This document shows, in pieces, positions 40,078 to 50,863 of a stretch of 64,000 nucleotides of DNA. Position 1 is the first letter of the stretch. Each line of letters starts with the position of its first letter. Position numbers and translations under genes: made by a program. The notes below the pieces were generated by a model. That model was not told the origin of the DNA and made no database searches. It saw only the letters and a list, made by a program, of their open reading frames with translations. The DNA is taken from positions 1 through 64,000 of IMG/VR virus record IMGVR_UViG_3300044706_000059; one strand, 5' to 3'. The stretch comes from an uncultured virus (IMG/VR IMGVR_UViG_3300044706_000059). Taxonomy: Duplodnaviria; Heunggongvirae; Uroviricota; Caudoviricetes; Crassvirales.

Positions 40078-40206
40078 ATGGATACTCAACAATTAGCAGA
40101 AATAAAAGCATTAGCCATTAGATTAGCATATGAAATCAAGCCTACCGAAGAAATAGCAACAATATTGACAGATGCTGATATTATTTATCAATATTTAATT
40201 AAATAA
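40078..40206 (+). CDS. Small hypothetical protein, 42 aa
   Basis: Manually translated MDTQQLAEIKALAIRLAY..ADIIYQYLIK; fills the gap between genes. Confidence 0.5.
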   Translation: MDTQQLAEIKALAIRLAYEIKPTEEIATILTDADIIYQYLIK

Positions 40207-40208
40207 AA

Positions 40209-40487
40209 ATGGCTACAATAAATTGTACAAACCGAGGAGCTTCTCAAGCTATTAAAGGATCAAGCGTTGAAATTATACTTAATGGAGCAGAATCTTTAAG
40301 CGTATTGCCGGTGTTAGCCGTAGGACAATTAGCTACCGTTAGCAGCAATGGTGCGACAGGGAGGATAGACTTCGTTGATACATTGGGACATCTATTTCGG
40401 GTTAAGCCAACGCAACCAAATTTACAATTTAATTCAGGAACAACCAATACATTGAACGTCAATGAATTGATAACAATCACTTATTAA
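40209..40487 (+). CDS. Small putative virion protein
   Basis: Beta-rich; in the head module. Confidence 0.55.
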   Translation: MATINCTNRGASQAIKGSSVEIILNGAESLSVLPVLAVGQLATVSSNGATGRIDFVDTLGHLFRVKPTQPNLQFNSGTTNTLNVNELITITY

Positions 40488-40498
40488 CATATTACAAA

Positions 40499-40852
40499 AT
40501 GGTAAGTAAGGTAACTGAATATTCATTTTCAAATAATAAGTTAGTCATTGATATAGAAATGGCTAGGACTATTTCTATTCAAATAATTGGCGGGAGTGGT
40601 ACTCGTTCACTTCAAGGCACCAATGATGGAGGTGCAGTAACAGGATCTACTATTAATAACGCAGGCGATGCAACAAATTTTAGTACTATTCAGGCCGTAA
40701 AATTATCCGATGGGACATCGGTAACGTCTATTACTGATGCCGGGCTTTATAAAATTGATCCTGTAGCTTTTCAATATCTTCAAATAGGAGATGGTTCAAC
40801 AGCCGCCGCAACAAAAATATTAGTTTATAGGACTTTTGGAACTGGATTATAA
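40499..40852 (+). CDS. Small putative virion protein
   Basis: G/T/S-rich; in the head module. Confidence 0.55.
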   Translation: MVSKVTEYSFSNNKLVIDIEMARTISIQIIGGSGTRSLQGTNDGGAVTGSTINNAGDATNFSTIQAVKLSDGTSVTSITDAGLYKIDPVAFQYLQIGDGSTAAATKILVYRTFGTGL

Positions 40853-40860
40853 TTTTTTTA

Positions 40861-40883
40861 TATTTTTGCTACAACGTTGTAGC
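40861..40883 (+). promoter_or_regulatory. -7 box TATTTTTG followed by the perfect 16-bp palindrome GCTACAACGTTGTAGC
   Basis: Seen directly; related sites at 32321 and 32767. Confidence 0.6.
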
Positions 40884-40900
40884 TTTAAACAAATTTATGT

Positions 40901-42082
40901 ATGCCTGAAAATGTAGCAACAGTAGATCAGCCTCAAATATTGGAACAACAGCAACAAGCCGCGGTTGATAATGTAAATCAACAAATAGCAGAAAGTTTAT
41001 GGAATAATGTGCCGAATGCCTATCAATCGTCGGAGCAACCAGACCAAAATGCTGCCAATACTGATCAACCAAAACCTAATGAAGTTGCTACACCAGATAT
41101 TGATTCTCAAGAGTTATTAGGCGAGGATGAATATTTTCAAAAAAACTTTGGATTAAGCCTTAATGACTTTAAATCAAAATGGGAAACATTCAATAAACCG
41201 CAAGAGGCCGTACAGCCTCAAGAAGTAAAGTGGACATACGATGAATCCAAAGAAGATGAAATATATAATTATATTCATCAAAAAAGAGAGTTAGACCGCC
41301 TAGAAAAATATGATATCGCAGACGCAAACCAAGCAGCAGAAATTCTACGTGCAAATCTCCAATATAAATACAAGGGCACTCTTTCATCTCAAGAAATAGA
41401 TCGCTTATTTTCAAAACAGTATTCACTACCTACAAAGCCCATCCAAAGTTTAGAGCAGACAGACGAGGATTATGCATTGGCTACCCAAGCATGGGAACAA
41501 CAGGTAAGTGAAAAACAAATGGATATGATTATAGAGGCTAAAATGACAAAGCCTGAATTATCCAAATTAAAAAGCCAAATAGTTCAACCAGAGATACAAA
41601 AGCCACAACTACAGCAACAAGGTCCAACCCAGGAAGAACTGGCTGCCGCAGAAGCTGGACGTAAGGCTTATTTAGGAGCATTGGAAAGTGGATATCAAAA
41701 TTTTAAAGGATATAGTGTAGTAGCAAAAGACGGAGAAGTTCAATTGCCAATTAACTATACTGTTACCCCCGAAGAATTAACTGCTTCCAAACAAACGCTT
41801 GAAAATTTTAATATTAATGATTTTTTCGGTTCACGCTGGTTTGATGAAAGTGGAAATCCTAAAGTAACTGTCATGCAAGAAGATTTGTATGATTTGGTTA
41901 ATCGGGATAAAATTCATCAAAAAATAGCTAATGAGGCGGCTGCTCAAATGAAAGCCTACCTTATTAAAAACCAAAATAATATTAATCTTAATTCAGTAAA
42001 TCAGAATATGGGGCCAACTGCAAATCAAGCACCTCCAAAAACTGAAAGTCAATCGTTAGCTGAGAATATTTGGAAGTTATAA
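40901..42082 (+). CDS. Putative capsid scaffolding protein
   Basis: Acidic, Q-rich helical protein directly before the major capsid gene. Confidence 0.65.
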   Translation: MPENVATVDQPQILEQQQQAAVDNVNQQIAESLWNNVPNAYQSSEQPDQNAANTDQPKPNEVATPDIDSQELLGEDEYFQKNFGLSLNDFKSKWETFNKPQEAVQPQEVKWTYDESKEDEIYNYIHQKRELDRLEKYDIADANQAAEILRANLQYKYKGTLSSQEIDRLFSKQYSLPTKPIQSLEQTDEDYALATQAWEQQVSEKQMDMIIEAKMTKPELSKLKSQIVQPEIQKPQLQQQGPTQEELAAAEAGRKAYLGALESGYQNFKGYSVVAKDGEVQLPINYTVTPEELTASKQTLENFNINDFFGSRWFDESGNPKVTVMQEDLYDLVNRDKIHQKIANEAAAQMKAYLIKNQNNINLNSVNQNMGPTANQAPPKTESQSLAENIWKL

Positions 42083-42108
42083 ACCTTCACAATTAAAAAT
42101 TAAAAACA

Positions 42109-43548
42109 ATGGCAGGCATTCCTACCAGTAATATATTGCAACCCGGTAATATTTCAGTTTCCGGTGGTGCAAATAGAACACTCGTTTCCAATTTACAATT
42201 ACTTACTCCACAGTACTATAAAACATTTGTTGAAAAATATGGGCCTGAAAACTGGACATGGTGGTTAGCCACATATGGAGGCATGGAACAAGTTTACAAC
42301 CGTAATTTCTTCTGGTTTGAAAGCAGAGGTAAATTGCAAATTGGTATTCAACTTGCTTCCGATGTAACAGGGTTATCAGCAGGTTCAACTGCTGCTTGTA
42401 CTTTGGCGGCTGGCTTCCATTATAATTCAGGTACTCAAACTCCATTAAGGGTTGGTGAAACAGTATATATCGCTTCTACAAACGTTGGAGCTGAAATTAT
42501 AGCAATCACAGGAACTACCCCGAATGCTTTTACCTTTAATTTACGGCCAAAACAATCTACTCAATCATTAGCATCTGCTGGTCAGGCATCTACCCTGCAA
42601 GCTACAGATGTATTAATTTTTGGTGGTCGTACGGACGTGGGGGAAGCATCTGGTACAAGCGATCCTCAAGTTTATTTAACTCAACCGTACAATAATAACA
42701 TTACTGAGTTTCACGATACCTGGTCAGCTACTGACTTGGGTGAAATGACAGATGTATATATTGATACTGGCGTAAGTGGTTCGCCTATTGGCGGTGCTGC
42801 ACAAGCAGGCACAAGCTACTTTACATACATGGGGTTAACAAAAGCATCTCAACGTTTCGTTAATAACGTAGAACGTAAATTGATGTTTGGTGATGCAGTT
42901 ACAAATACAGGATTAGGGACTACGACATCCGTCGGTTCACAAGGTGTTTTACCATTTATTTTAGCTAACGGGGAAACTGTAAACTATTCAGTAGGTAATT
43001 TGGATATTGGATTTTTACATACTATGACGCGTGTAATGGATGTAAATGGATGTGTGAAACAAAATATGTGGATGGCAGATATTTTCCAACGCCAAGACTT
43101 TTCTGATGGTATTTTTACTCAATTCCCTGCTGGTTCTTTTGTTTGGGGATATGGTGAAAAGTCAGAAGAAGCTAGTCTAGCTTATGGTTTTAAAGTAATT
43201 GATATAGACGGGTATCGTTTCCAAATTTCTAAATACAGAAACTTTAACTCGGAAGCTTATACGGGTCTTACTCCTGTCAATGACTATTTCCGTAACTACG
43301 GTTTCCTGTGTCCAATGGGTGAAACCCCGGACGCTAAAACTCCATCAAGAGTATATAAGAATATTACCATAATGGCTCAACAACCCCCAAAAGGTGGTTC
43401 AGTCGGAAATGGTATCCGCGTATGGAACTGGGGTGGTGGTTCAACCAATCCAACTGATGGAACATTGCGGGATAATATTGAAATGGCAACATATCGCGCA
43501 ACACGTGTAGTTGCAGGCAACCAGTTTATCAATATTGTAGGAAGTTAA
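42109..43548 (+). CDS. Major capsid protein
   Basis: 479 aa; LPQYY..EKYG-like start, FFWFE, ERKLMFG, SQGVLPFI; followed by a strong hairpin. Confidence 0.85.
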   Translation: MAGIPTSNILQPGNISVSGGANRTLVSNLQLLTPQYYKTFVEKYGPENWTWWLATYGGMEQVYNRNFFWFESRGKLQIGIQLASDVTGLSAGSTAACTLAAGFHYNSGTQTPLRVGETVYIASTNVGAEIIAITGTTPNAFTFNLRPKQSTQSLASAGQASTLQATDVLIFGGRTDVGEASGTSDPQVYLTQPYNNNITEFHDTWSATDLGEMTDVYIDTGVSGSPIGGAAQAGTSYFTYMGLTKASQRFVNNVERKLMFGDAVTNTGLGTTTSVGSQGVLPFILANGETVNYSVGNLDIGFLHTMTRVMDVNGCVKQNMWMADIFQRQDFSDGIFTQFPAGSFVWGYGEKSEEASLAYGFKVIDIDGYRFQISKYRNFNSEAYTGLTPVNDYFRNYGFLCPMGETPDAKTPSRVYKNITIMAQQPPKGGSVGNGIRVWNWGGGSTNPTDGTLRDNIEMATYRATRVVAGNQFINIVGS

Positions 43549-43552
43549 TTAT

Positions 43553-43591
43553 ATAGGTAAAGCCCATATAAAATATATGGGCTTTACCTAT
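43553..43591 (+). terminator. 18-bp perfect hairpin after the major capsid gene
   Basis: ATAGGTAAAGCCCATATA-AAA-TATATGGGCTTTACCTAT. Confidence 0.75.
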
Positions 43592-43660
43592 CTTATTTAT
43601 TAATAGCGTAGTCCTGAAAAGGAGGTCACCCAAGCCTTAAATGCGCATAAAAATTACTTT

Positions 43661-44566
43661 ATGGCAACCTTAAGAGATGTTCAATTCGCTATGCATGGCG
43701 AACAAGATGTGGTAAATAGTAACCACGATGATGATTATGTACCAGAGTTAAAAATAAAAAAGACAGATAAGCCTGATGAAGATAATGGCTATGTAATTTT
43801 TAAATTAGTAAGAAAAAATAGTAATGGAGTTTATATACAGCCTATTGACTATGTAATAAATCCTAAAGAGCCAGAAAAAGGATTACAAATGATTCGACTT
43901 TTGGAAGGAGTTTCTTCTATATGGGCATCAGATCAAAAAGATATTCCAGAAGCTAAGGCGGGAAAGATGATGCGGTTCATAGAATGGCCTAAAGGATCAA
44001 GGTTTATGTCAGTACCTAAATGGGATAAGGCTAAGCTAGAATTTTTAGAATTGTGCTGCCATAATAGATTAAATCCAAATCGTACCAAAAGTAGTAAAAC
44101 CGAGTTTTTTAAATATGACCCCGAGCATGTAGCGAAAGAAAAGTTAGCTCAGGAAACTAAGGAAATTGAAATGTTATTAAAGGCACAGCAACAGCCTTTT
44201 GAAAAAATGAAAAAACATGCCTTTTATTTAGGTATCAAACTTACCCATGATTTAACAGGAGCACCCAAATCAGAGGAAGCAGTAAGAATGGAATATCTTA
44301 TTTATGCTAAAAGAAATCCATCCGATTTTGAGGCAAGTTTTGATTCTAAAGAAGTAGACATATACTATAAAATAAGGCAAGCAGTTATTGATAGTAAATT
44401 GGATATAGCACGTGGGGACGGCCGAATATATTGGGGTAAAAATGGTGGTGTAGTTTGTAATATACCAAAATCAGATAATCCGATTAAATATTTAACAGAA
44501 CTAGCATTGACCAATACAAAGGAAGGTAAAGAATTTAAGCAAGAACTTGAACGAATTGTAACATAA
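43661..44566 (+). CDS. Conserved post-capsid protein
   Basis: YAKRNPSDF..IRQAV motif; position between capsid and tail genes. Confidence 0.6.
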   Translation: MATLRDVQFAMHGEQDVVNSNHDDDYVPELKIKKTDKPDEDNGYVIFKLVRKNSNGVYIQPIDYVINPKEPEKGLQMIRLLEGVSSIWASDQKDIPEAKAGKMMRFIEWPKGSRFMSVPKWDKAKLEFLELCCHNRLNPNRTKSSKTEFFKYDPEHVAKEKLAQETKEIEMLLKAQQQPFEKMKKHAFYLGIKLTHDLTGAPKSEEAVRMEYLIYAKRNPSDFEASFDSKEVDIYYKIRQAVIDSKLDIARGDGRIYWGKNGGVVCNIPKSDNPIKYLTELALTNTKEGKEFKQELERIVT

Positions 44567-44580
44567 AAGGGAGGTAGGTT

Positions 44581-45252
44581 TTGGATATAAATCAAATGTA
44601 TCAACTTATACGTTTTATTATTAGAAAAAACCAGAATGGTAATTTAAATCCTTCTGATTTTAATAATATTATTAACGTTGCACAAAGTGGGTACATGGAT
44701 TACCTCCTGGGAGAATTTCAAAAATACACCCCTGGAAGACCGTGGGCCGCTGTAGAATTTGGCCAAAACCAAGATATTCGGCAGCGGCTTACACCTTTTA
44801 TATCTTCACCAGTTCCATTAACTATTGATGGTAATGGAAAATCTACATACCCCATAGATTTTATAAATGCTGATGCAATGTATTACGGCATTTATAATAG
44901 GCGTGTAAAATTTATTCAACAAGACAGGGTAGATAGTCATTTAAATAGTTATATCGACCCAATATCCAATAATCCTGTGTATTTAGTGATTGATACAGGC
45001 TTTCAATTTTATCCTAAAAATTTAGGATCAGCTTCATTGTCATACATAAAAAAACCGGCTACATTATTTTGGAACTCAACTACTGACATATATGGTCGTG
45101 TCAGTTATAATCCAACAGGAAGCGTACAACCACAATGGAATGACTTGGACAGTTTAGAAATCGTTGTTCGTGCTTTAATACAAGTAGGTGTCAATTTGCA
45201 GTTAAGAGATGTTGAGCAATATGCTAACCTTATTAAACAAGGAGGCCAATAA
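44581..45252 (+). CDS. Head-tail adaptor / tail ring protein (TTG start)
   Basis: KNQNGNLNPSDFN..AQ, YIKKP; GGGAGG upstream. Confidence 0.65.
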   Translation: MDINQMYQLIRFIIRKNQNGNLNPSDFNNIINVAQSGYMDYLLGEFQKYTPGRPWAAVEFGQNQDIRQRLTPFISSPVPLTIDGNGKSTYPIDFINADAMYYGIYNRRVKFIQQDRVDSHLNSYIDPISNNPVYLVIDTGFQFYPKNLGSASLSYIKKPATLFWNSTTDIYGRVSYNPTGSVQPQWNDLDSLEIVVRALIQVGVNLQLRDVEQYANLIKQGGQ

Positions 45253-45896
45253 TGATAAGAGGTGCATTTTTGGAATCCATTTTAATGCAGATATATGGCG
45301 AGAAAATAACAGATGATGCTGAAATTACCTATAACCTGGTAAATCTATATTGTCAGGAAGGAATTGCAGTAGCGGCACAAGCATCCTATAAAACTGCTAT
45401 ACAATTAGATGGGGTAGGATATATTAATAGTGGTTTTTATAGTACCTTTTCTGGATTGCCTATAGTTCAAGATAACACTGATAATCTATGTTATAAGTTT
45501 GTACTTCCAGAAATTCCAGTAGGTATTGCCGCAAATATGGGGGTGGCTGAGGTAAGATTTAAAGGTTCAGATGGTTTTACTTCTTTCCCAGGTATCCCGT
45601 TAAGCATGAATCAATGGTCGTATTTTGATAGTATGCCTCCGATTGCTAATAAGGTTCTTTATTTACCAGAAGGGAAAACAGTAAGAGCCAAAACACCACT
45701 AATATTAAGTCTATATACAGCAACGGTAAAAATAATTAGTGGAGGAGATACAACCGATCTAAACTCTGAGTTAAACGTTCCTCCCGATTCTATTCCTGTT
45801 ATTCGTCAATATATTATAGAAAAACTTTTAGCCCAACGTTCAATATCAACTGATGATGTAAATAATGGAAAAGATGATAATTTAAAACAATTATGA
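45252..45896 (+). CDS. Tail ring / tubular protein
   Basis: Coupled gene in the tail module; C-terminal DDVNNG. Confidence 0.55.
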   Translation: MIRGAFLESILMQIYGEKITDDAEITYNLVNLYCQEGIAVAAQASYKTAIQLDGVGYINSGFYSTFSGLPIVQDNTDNLCYKFVLPEIPVGIAANMGVAEVRFKGSDGFTSFPGIPLSMNQWSYFDSMPPIANKVLYLPEGKTVRAKTPLILSLYTATVKIISGGDTTDLNSELNVPPDSIPVIRQYIIEKLLAQRSISTDDVNNGKDDNLKQL

Positions 45897-46162
45897 TAAA
45901 ACCTATAAGAGATAATATTGTAGTACAAGCATTCCCATCAGATGAAATTTCAGATGGCGGTATTTTTGTTTCAGAAGCACATAGAGAAGTAAGTTGCAAA
46001 ATGAAGGTAATTGCAGTAGGAAATGGAACTAAAAAAGAGCCCATGAAACTAAAACAGGGAGATGTCGTATTTAGAGTAAAGGGAATGGGAACAGAAATAG
46101 AAATTAATAAACAGACCTATTTTATAGTTAAACAATCGTGGTTAATTGCTCAATTAAATTAA
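45893..46162 (+). CDS. groES: Co-chaperonin GroES
   Basis: IKPIRDNIVV..SDGGIF..VIAVGNG..LKQGDVV..GTEIEIN. Confidence 0.85.
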   Translation: MIKPIRDNIVVQAFPSDEISDGGIFVSEAHREVSCKMKVIAVGNGTKKEPMKLKQGDVVFRVKGMGTEIEINKQTYFIVKQSWLIAQLN

Positions 46163-46163
46163 T

Positions 46164-46931
46164 ATGAGCCAACATCAACAATGGTGTGTTTTGGATGAGT
46201 GTATAAATTCCTATTTAGATGAGTCGGAACAAAGCATTCATAAATTCTACAAAATATGGCAATTAGCTTTCAGGGTTATGACAGATCTTGGGATAGATTT
46301 TTTCTATCAAATTAAATCTGTAAAGCTCCCAGTTAATCCAAACTTCACTGTTAATTTACCATCAGATTGTTTAAAGTGGACAAAAATAGGAGTACTTAAT
46401 GATATAGGTGAAATAATTCCTTTAAAGTACAATGATAAACTAACATCCTATGGACAGTTTCCCGGTAATAGGTTACAGAAAACACAGGATGATACATTAT
46501 TCAATTTATTTCTTTTTAATACTCCTATATGGTATAACTATTGGACTGGTAACTCATTTTCTACGCTTTATGGAATGCCAAGTGGGGCACCCTTTGTAGG
46601 AAATTTTAAAGTAGATAATAATACTGGAATAATCCTTTTAAATGAAACATTTACCTATCAATATATAATGGTTGAATATATTGCTAATCCGCAACAAGAT
46701 CAGCAATACTTTATTCCAATTCAATTTAAAGAAGCTATTATAGCAGGGTTGGCATGGTTGGATATTAGATCAATTCCATATTCTCGTAGAGGTAATTTAG
46801 GCGATAAGCGTGATAGGAAACATGAGTTTTATAATCAAAGGCGTCTAGCTTGGGCAAGATATCGACCACTTTACCTGACCGAAGCATACGAATGGGCGCA
46901 AACCAATACACGACTTACGGTAAAATTGTAA
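46164..46931 (+). CDS. Tail ring / tubular protein
   Basis: LPSDCLKWTKIG..MVEYI; position before the stabilisation protein. Confidence 0.6.
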   Translation: MSQHQQWCVLDECINSYLDESEQSIHKFYKIWQLAFRVMTDLGIDFFYQIKSVKLPVNPNFTVNLPSDCLKWTKIGVLNDIGEIIPLKYNDKLTSYGQFPGNRLQKTQDDTLFNLFLFNTPIWYNYWTGNSFSTLYGMPSGAPFVGNFKVDNNTGIILLNETFTYQYIMVEYIANPQQDQQYFIPIQFKEAIIAGLAWLDIRSIPYSRRGNLGDKRDRKHEFYNQRRLAWARYRPLYLTEAYEWAQTNTRLTVKL

Positions 46932-46934
46932 AAT

Positions 46935-49900
46935 ATGGTTCAGGCATTCCCTTTTGGTGGTGTATTAAATACGGACGATCCTGATGAAGTAATACCAACT
47001 ATTCATCACAGGAATGCGTCCAATATTATATTCAAAGGAAGCCAGCCACATCTAAGAATAGAAAATGTTCCAGGGACAAGAGAAAAAACAAATCCATTTT
47101 TAATTAACGATGGTAATAATCTAACCATAGGAAGATTTTACGACAGTGTAAAAAAGAGAATATTCTTTTTTAATTATCGGGGAGATTACAATAAGGCGAT
47201 TTATATGTATGATACAGTAGCTTTATTGTTTTACAGGTTGGTAGAGGGAACGGTTAATGCAGATATAAACGCATTAGCTTTTACACAAAATGTTATAAGT
47301 AATATCAATATTATTTATGGCGACAGTGCGCAGGGAGATATATTGTATTGGATAGATGGTGACGGAACTCCAAAAAAGATTAATATTGATCGCGCTATAA
47401 GTGGTGGCTATGGAACTATAAAAAAATCATACTTAGAGGTAGCGAAAGAGCCAGCATATATTCCCCCTTATGTAGTATATGAAGATGATCCATCCAATAC
47501 AGTAAATAACTGTAGGAAAAAATTATTTAGATTTAAAATAAGATGGGTTTTTGATGATCACGACAAATCGGTAACAAGTAGCCAAAGTGAAATGCCTTTA
47601 CCTATAAATGCTTTTGATCAAGCTACAGATTCCGATCCAACAAAAAACTGTCGTATAGCTATAGTTTATCAAACAGGAGCATCTAATGTAAAAAAAATAG
47701 AAATATTAGCATCGAACTCGTTGGGAACAACAATGTCTGATTTTTATTTAGTAGCCTCTCTGGATAAAAGTGTAAATAATATAGCTGACAATGATGTTAA
47801 TACGTTCCTATTTTATAATGATCAAGGGTATTCAAACATTGATATAACTGAAAGTGATCAAATTTTTGATTATGTTCCTATTCAGACTACTGTACAAACT
47901 GTATTAAACGGTAATGTTTTAGCGTATGGTAATATAACTGAGGGGTATTCAAATCTTACTAATTTTAGTGATGGTTCTAATACTAGTAATATATCGAGTA
48001 ATCAAGCTACCTATTATACCGGAATTTATTTTACTAAATTAATTGCTAATCAGTCGGGTGACAGTGGTTTTGGTTCAGGATCTATACATATAGTAATACG
48101 AGGGACTGTACTTTCATTAATAGGAACCCTTGATACCTATAGTGTATATTTAACCGATGGGACTAGCTTAGATTATACGGTAAATAATGGAGATGGAGTT
48201 GCAGATGTAATAAACGGATTAAGAAATGCTGCAATATCTGCTGGATTTACAATTTTAAGCACTGGCAGTAATGATTTGTACATAACTAGAATCGCTACAT
48301 CTCTTGCTAGAGCTATAATAACATCACCGAACTACCAATATAATTCTTTATTTAATACATCCTTGAATGCTTATGATTGGTCGAGCAAATATGGGTTTGG
48401 GTTAGTATATTATGATCAAAAAGGCAGAACTAATGGAGTAGTTTATACTACGGGGTTTTCTATACAGACTATCCCTTATTCCGAAAGTTCAAACATCACA
48501 CAAACGCCCTTATTGAATGCCACTATATATCATCAACCACCCATTTGGGCATATTATTATCAATGGGTAAGGACAAAAAATTTAAGCAAAGATTTAAAAT
48601 TACAATGGATAACAGACAGAACGTTTAAAGATACAGCAGCGGTTTCAGGAGTATCTCAATATGCTTACATGAGTATCGAATCTGTAAATGTATTTGTTAG
48701 AAATAATCCCGGAAGCCCTTTAGGATACACCTTTGCAGCAGGAGATAGAGTGCGATTTTTTAAGAGGTATAATGATGATACAACTACAGCTAATCTGTAT
48801 GGTAATTCCAAGGATTTTGAAATTACCGGTTCGGTAACAGACCCTACTATCAATGGAGCAACACAAGTAGGACAATTTATAAAAATATTGTTGCCTCCTA
48901 CAGATGGTTCATTTGATTTTGGAACAGGCTTTAATAATTATTTTATAGAACTTTATACTCCTGCTCAACCCGTAGCTAATAATTTAAATCTATACTATGA
49001 ATTTGGAGAAAGGTATACGATTCAAAACCCAGGGTTATTAAATAGAACCCATCAAGGACAAACTCAAAATCAAATACAATCACTTCAACCAGCTTTATTC
49101 TCCCTTATAAAAGGGGATTTTTATGTAAGGTTAAGGTCTATACAGACAGGAAATATTTATACCTGGAATATACCATTATCGCCAGCAACAGGATTTAGAT
49201 TTTTGGTTCCATTAAATTTTGTCGGGTCTAGTTATAATAACTCAAATGTAACAGCTCATAGCGTACCATTGGTAGGGATAGGAAACACCTTCGATGCATC
49301 TACAGATACAAGATGGTTAATATCAGTAGGAGGGACTGCTACCACTTTTAAGGTAGGTGGTTCTATATCCTTAAATTTTCCATCTTCCAGAACTGGTGAT
49401 ACGTGGACTATAATAGCCGTTAATAAATACCATGATATTTACCAATTAGTAGCCCCATTTGATTGTAGTGCAGCCGGAACTTATACGTTTGCAATTACTT
49501 CTGTATTTCATATAAATACAGGAGAAATAAGTGATTCTATAACACTTCAAAACGACAATCTATTTTTAATTGCTGAATCAGTTAATAACCTAAGCGATAG
49601 GCAAGTAACATTTCTATCTTCTACCTTTACCCTTACAATAAATCACATTATTCCTCAAAGGATAATAGACCCTAATTTTTCTGATTTCTATATAAGTTCA
49701 GTAAATTCAAACGGTAGAGCATTCCCATTTGACGAAAATGCAAATCAAGTTAATTATCCCACGATGTATCGGTGGTCATTAGCATATCAAACTGATACAA
49801 ATATTAATCAGACATGCCGTTTTTATGCTCAGAATTTCGACACATTATTAAGAGATTACGGGGCGATAATGAGAATGATGATATGGGATAAAAGACTAAC

Positions 49901-50861
49901 TATATTCCAGGAAAGAAAGTGTGGACAAGTTGGTGTATATATGAAATTCATTACTACAACCACAGGTAGCCAACAATTAATAACTAGTTCAGATATTATT
50001 ACTACTAATAATGTTCAATATTATGCCGGAGAATATGGGGTGGGTAATCAAGGTGATAGTGTGGTTCAAAGTGGCTTTGTTTATTATTTTGTTGACCCAG
50101 TAAAAGGAGAACAATGCAGATTAAGTGGAGACGGCATAATACCTTTATCTACGCTTTATAAAACTAAAACATGGGCATCATCAAACATATCAAAGTATTT
50201 AAATACTTATAATTATACATATGGTGGGCCCGCTAGAATAACAGGGACATTCAATATAAGAAAAGATAATGTAGGAGAATATTTATGTGTATTACAAGCA
50301 GGAGTATTAGGAGGAAATACTTTAATAGGGCAAACAATATCATTTGATGAAACGAAAAATTGTTTTACATCGTTTTATTCATTTGCACCCGAATGTATTG
50401 TGTGTGCAGATACTACATTGTATAGTTGGGTTAATGGTAAAATGTACATTCACGATGTAATAACTAATGGGGGTATGAATGACTTTTATGGAATCAAATA
50501 TGAGTCAAATATAAACAGGATATTCAATGAACATTTAATGCAAAAAAAATCATGGATTAGTGTAACTCAACTAGGTAATGTTATTTGGGATTGTCCGGAA
50601 ATTTATACAAACGAAATGAGTTATGCAAATACACCACAACAAAGTAACCTTATAACTCAGGACTTCAATAATACAGAGGGTCAATTTAATGCTAGTTTTC
50701 TTTCTGATATTAATTCACAAGGGGGCATTAGCGATGGTGATTCTTTAAAGGGGTCATTAATATCTATAACATTCAGATTAAGACTAGATGATGCCGGTAA
50801 TTATTCATTTTTATCCGGTATATATATTAAGTTTATTGATTCTCCATTAAATGCACAATAG
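46935..50861 (+). CDS. Tail stabilisation / muzzle protein
   Basis: 1308 aa beta-rich; GVLNTDD, ILYWID, YGNITEGY, FGLVYYDQKGR, EGQF..DGDSLKG. Confidence 0.75.
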   Translation: MVQAFPFGGVLNTDDPDEVIPTIHHRNASNIIFKGSQPHLRIENVPGTREKTNPFLINDGNNLTIGRFYDSVKKRIFFFNYRGDYNKAIYMYDTVALLFYRLVEGTVNADINALAFTQNVISNINIIYGDSAQGDILYWIDGDGTPKKINIDRAISGGYGTIKKSYLEVAKEPAYIPPYVVYEDDPSNTVNNCRKKLFRFKIRWVFDDHDKSVTSSQSEMPLPINAFDQATDSDPTKNCRIAIVYQTGASNVKKIEILASNSLGTTMSDFYLVASLDKSVNNIADNDVNTFLFYNDQGYSNIDITESDQIFDYVPIQTTVQTVLNGNVLAYGNITEGYSNLTNFSDGSNTSNISSNQATYYTGIYFTKLIANQSGDSGFGSGSIHIVIRGTVLSLIGTLDTYSVYLTDGTSLDYTVNNGDGVADVINGLRNAAISAGFTILSTGSNDLYITRIATSLARAIITSPNYQYNSLFNTSLNAYDWSSKYGFGLVYYDQKGRTNGVVYTTGFSIQTIPYSESSNITQTPLLNATIYHQPPIWAYYYQWVRTKNLSKDLKLQWITDRTFKDTAAVSGVSQYAYMSIESVNVFVRNNPGSPLGYTFAAGDRVRFFKRYNDDTTTANLYGNSKDFEITGSVTDPTINGATQVGQFIKILLPPTDGSFDFGTGFNNYFIELYTPAQPVANNLNLYYEFGERYTIQNPGLLNRTHQGQTQNQIQSLQPALFSLIKGDFYVRLRSIQTGNIYTWNIPLSPATGFRFLVPLNFVGSSYNNSNVTAHSVPLVGIGNTFDASTDTRWLISVGGTATTFKVGGSISLNFPSSRTGDTWTIIAVNKYHDIYQLVAPFDCSAAGTYTFAITSVFHINTGEISDSITLQNDNLFLIAESVNNLSDRQVTFLSSTFTLTINHIIPQRIIDPNFSDFYISSVNSNGRAFPFDENANQVNYPTMYRWSLAYQTDTNINQTCRFYAQNFDTLLRDYGAIMRMMIWDKRLTIFQERKCGQVGVYMKFITTTTGSQQLITSSDIITTNNVQYYAGEYGVGNQGDSVVQSGFVYYFVDPVKGEQCRLSGDGIIPLSTLYKTKTWASSNISKYLNTYNYTYGGPARITGTFNIRKDNVGEYLCVLQAGVLGGNTLIGQTISFDETKNCFTSFYSFAPECIVCADTTLYSWVNGKMYIHDVITNGGMNDFYGIKYESNINRIFNEHLMQKKSWISVTQLGNVIWDCPEIYTNEMSYANTPQQSNLITQDFNNTEGQFNASFLSDINSQGGISDGDSLKGSLISITFRLRLDDAGNYSFLSGIYIKFIDSPLNAQ

Positions 50862-50863
50862 AT

